DNA from: Mobula hypostoma
Lineage: Eukaryota
NCBI RefSeq assembly: GCF_963921235.1
Contig: NC_086097.1
Coordinates: forward strand, 30,196,001-30,260,000
Direction of reading: 5' to 3'
DNA: 64,000 nt
Position 1 is the first letter of the stretch; each line of letters begins with the position of its first letter. The notes beneath the pieces are model-generated. The model was given only the letters and a program-made list of their open reading frames with translations. It was not told the origin of the DNA and ran no database searches. Below are positions 63,349 through 64,000 of this stretch, in pieces. The position numbers and the translations under genes were made by a program.

Positions 63349-63805
63349 AAAATGCTGGAGGAACTCAGCAGGCCAGGCAGCATCTATGGAAAAGAGTAAA
63401 CAGTCGACGTTTCGAGCCGAGACCCCTCATCAGGACTGGACAGGAAGGAGAGAAGTCAGAATAAGAAGGTGGGGGCGAGGGGAGGGAGACGTACAAGGTG
63501 GCAGGTGATAGGTGAAACTGAAGAGGAGGAGCAGGTGAAGTAAAGAGCTGGGAAGTCGATTGGTGGAAGAGCTAAAGGGCTGGAAAAGGGGGAATCTGAT
63601 AGGAGAGGGCAGAAATCCTTGGAAGAAAGGGAAGGGAGAGGAGCACCAGACAGAGGTGATGGGCAGATAAGAAGAGAAGATGAAGGGTCTCGGCCCAAAA
63701 TGTCGACTGTTTACTTTTTTCCATAGATGCTGCCTGGCCTGATGAGTTCCTCCAGCATATTTTGTGTGTTGCTTGGATTTCCAGTGTCTGCAGATTTTCT
63801 CGTTT
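63349..63805. mobile_element. ORF-less inverted-pLTR Penelope unit
   Basis: Minus-strand pLTR (63349-~63678) fused to a plus-strand pLTR end that starts inside the hammerhead (GATGAAGGGTCTCGGCCC..). Confidence 0.8.
63401..63438 (-). ncRNA. Minimal type I hammerhead ribozyme (intact core)
   Basis: Reverse complement is CAGTC-CTGATGA-GGGGTCTCGGCTC-GAAACGTC-GACTG, with a perfect 5-bp stem I. Confidence 0.85.
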
Positions 63806-64000
63806 GCACTGTGCTACTGTGTCACTCTGAGTAGATGGCAACTCTCCAAAAAGAAAATAAATTTCATCTAGGATGTAATGAGGAAATCAAGCTCTCCTGC
63901 CTCAAGGAGATGACAGAAAGTATAACCAACACCTCTTGGAGCAAGGAACAGAGGATGTATTGACAGGATAAGATGGTGGAAGCAAGGTTACAGGGAGCCT

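Noticed and set aside
63739..63746. Additional hammerhead core CTGATGAG
   Set aside because: A point mutation of the CTGCTGAG tail stem; no stem II or GAAA follows.

Overview
Vertebrate genomic DNA, most likely a cartilaginous fish (shark/ray). This is inferred from the repeat mix: abundant CR1 LINEs, HE1-like V-SINEs, Rex1/Babar, Penelope-like elements, a fish-type L1, RTE and Gypsy. Most of the window is nested, truncated transposable elements with short unique islands between them, and I cannot support any intact host protein-coding gene. The first ~0.7 kb is CpG-rich and carries two divergent GTAAGT splice donors, so a promoter or first exon may lie at the left edge. Best-supported elements: (1) several Neptune-like Penelope retroelements (RT-linker-GIY-YIG) whose pseudo-LTRs carry minimal type I hammerhead ribozyme motifs (about 10 copies, 3 fully intact); (2) a ~3.1 kb CR1 spanning the ORF1 esterase end, APE and RT; (3) a young Rex1/Babar RT copy with an unbroken frame of ~390 codons; (4) a decayed Gypsy element with two LTRs and a tRNA-Trp PBS; (5) an L1 3' end and an RTE 3' end; (6) two young tRNA-CORE-RTE SINEs with 11-12 bp TSDs; (7) a Tc1-like mini-MITE; (8) three minisatellites (34, 51 and 39 bp). 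The ribozyme-bearing Penelope system is the most striking signal, but that association is already known in general terms. The least-explained signals are a ~75% identical duplicated non-coding block (34.1 kb and 39.9 kb) and a flank duplication next to the Gypsy LTR. All counts and identities are by-eye estimates, and boundaries without a TSD are approximate.
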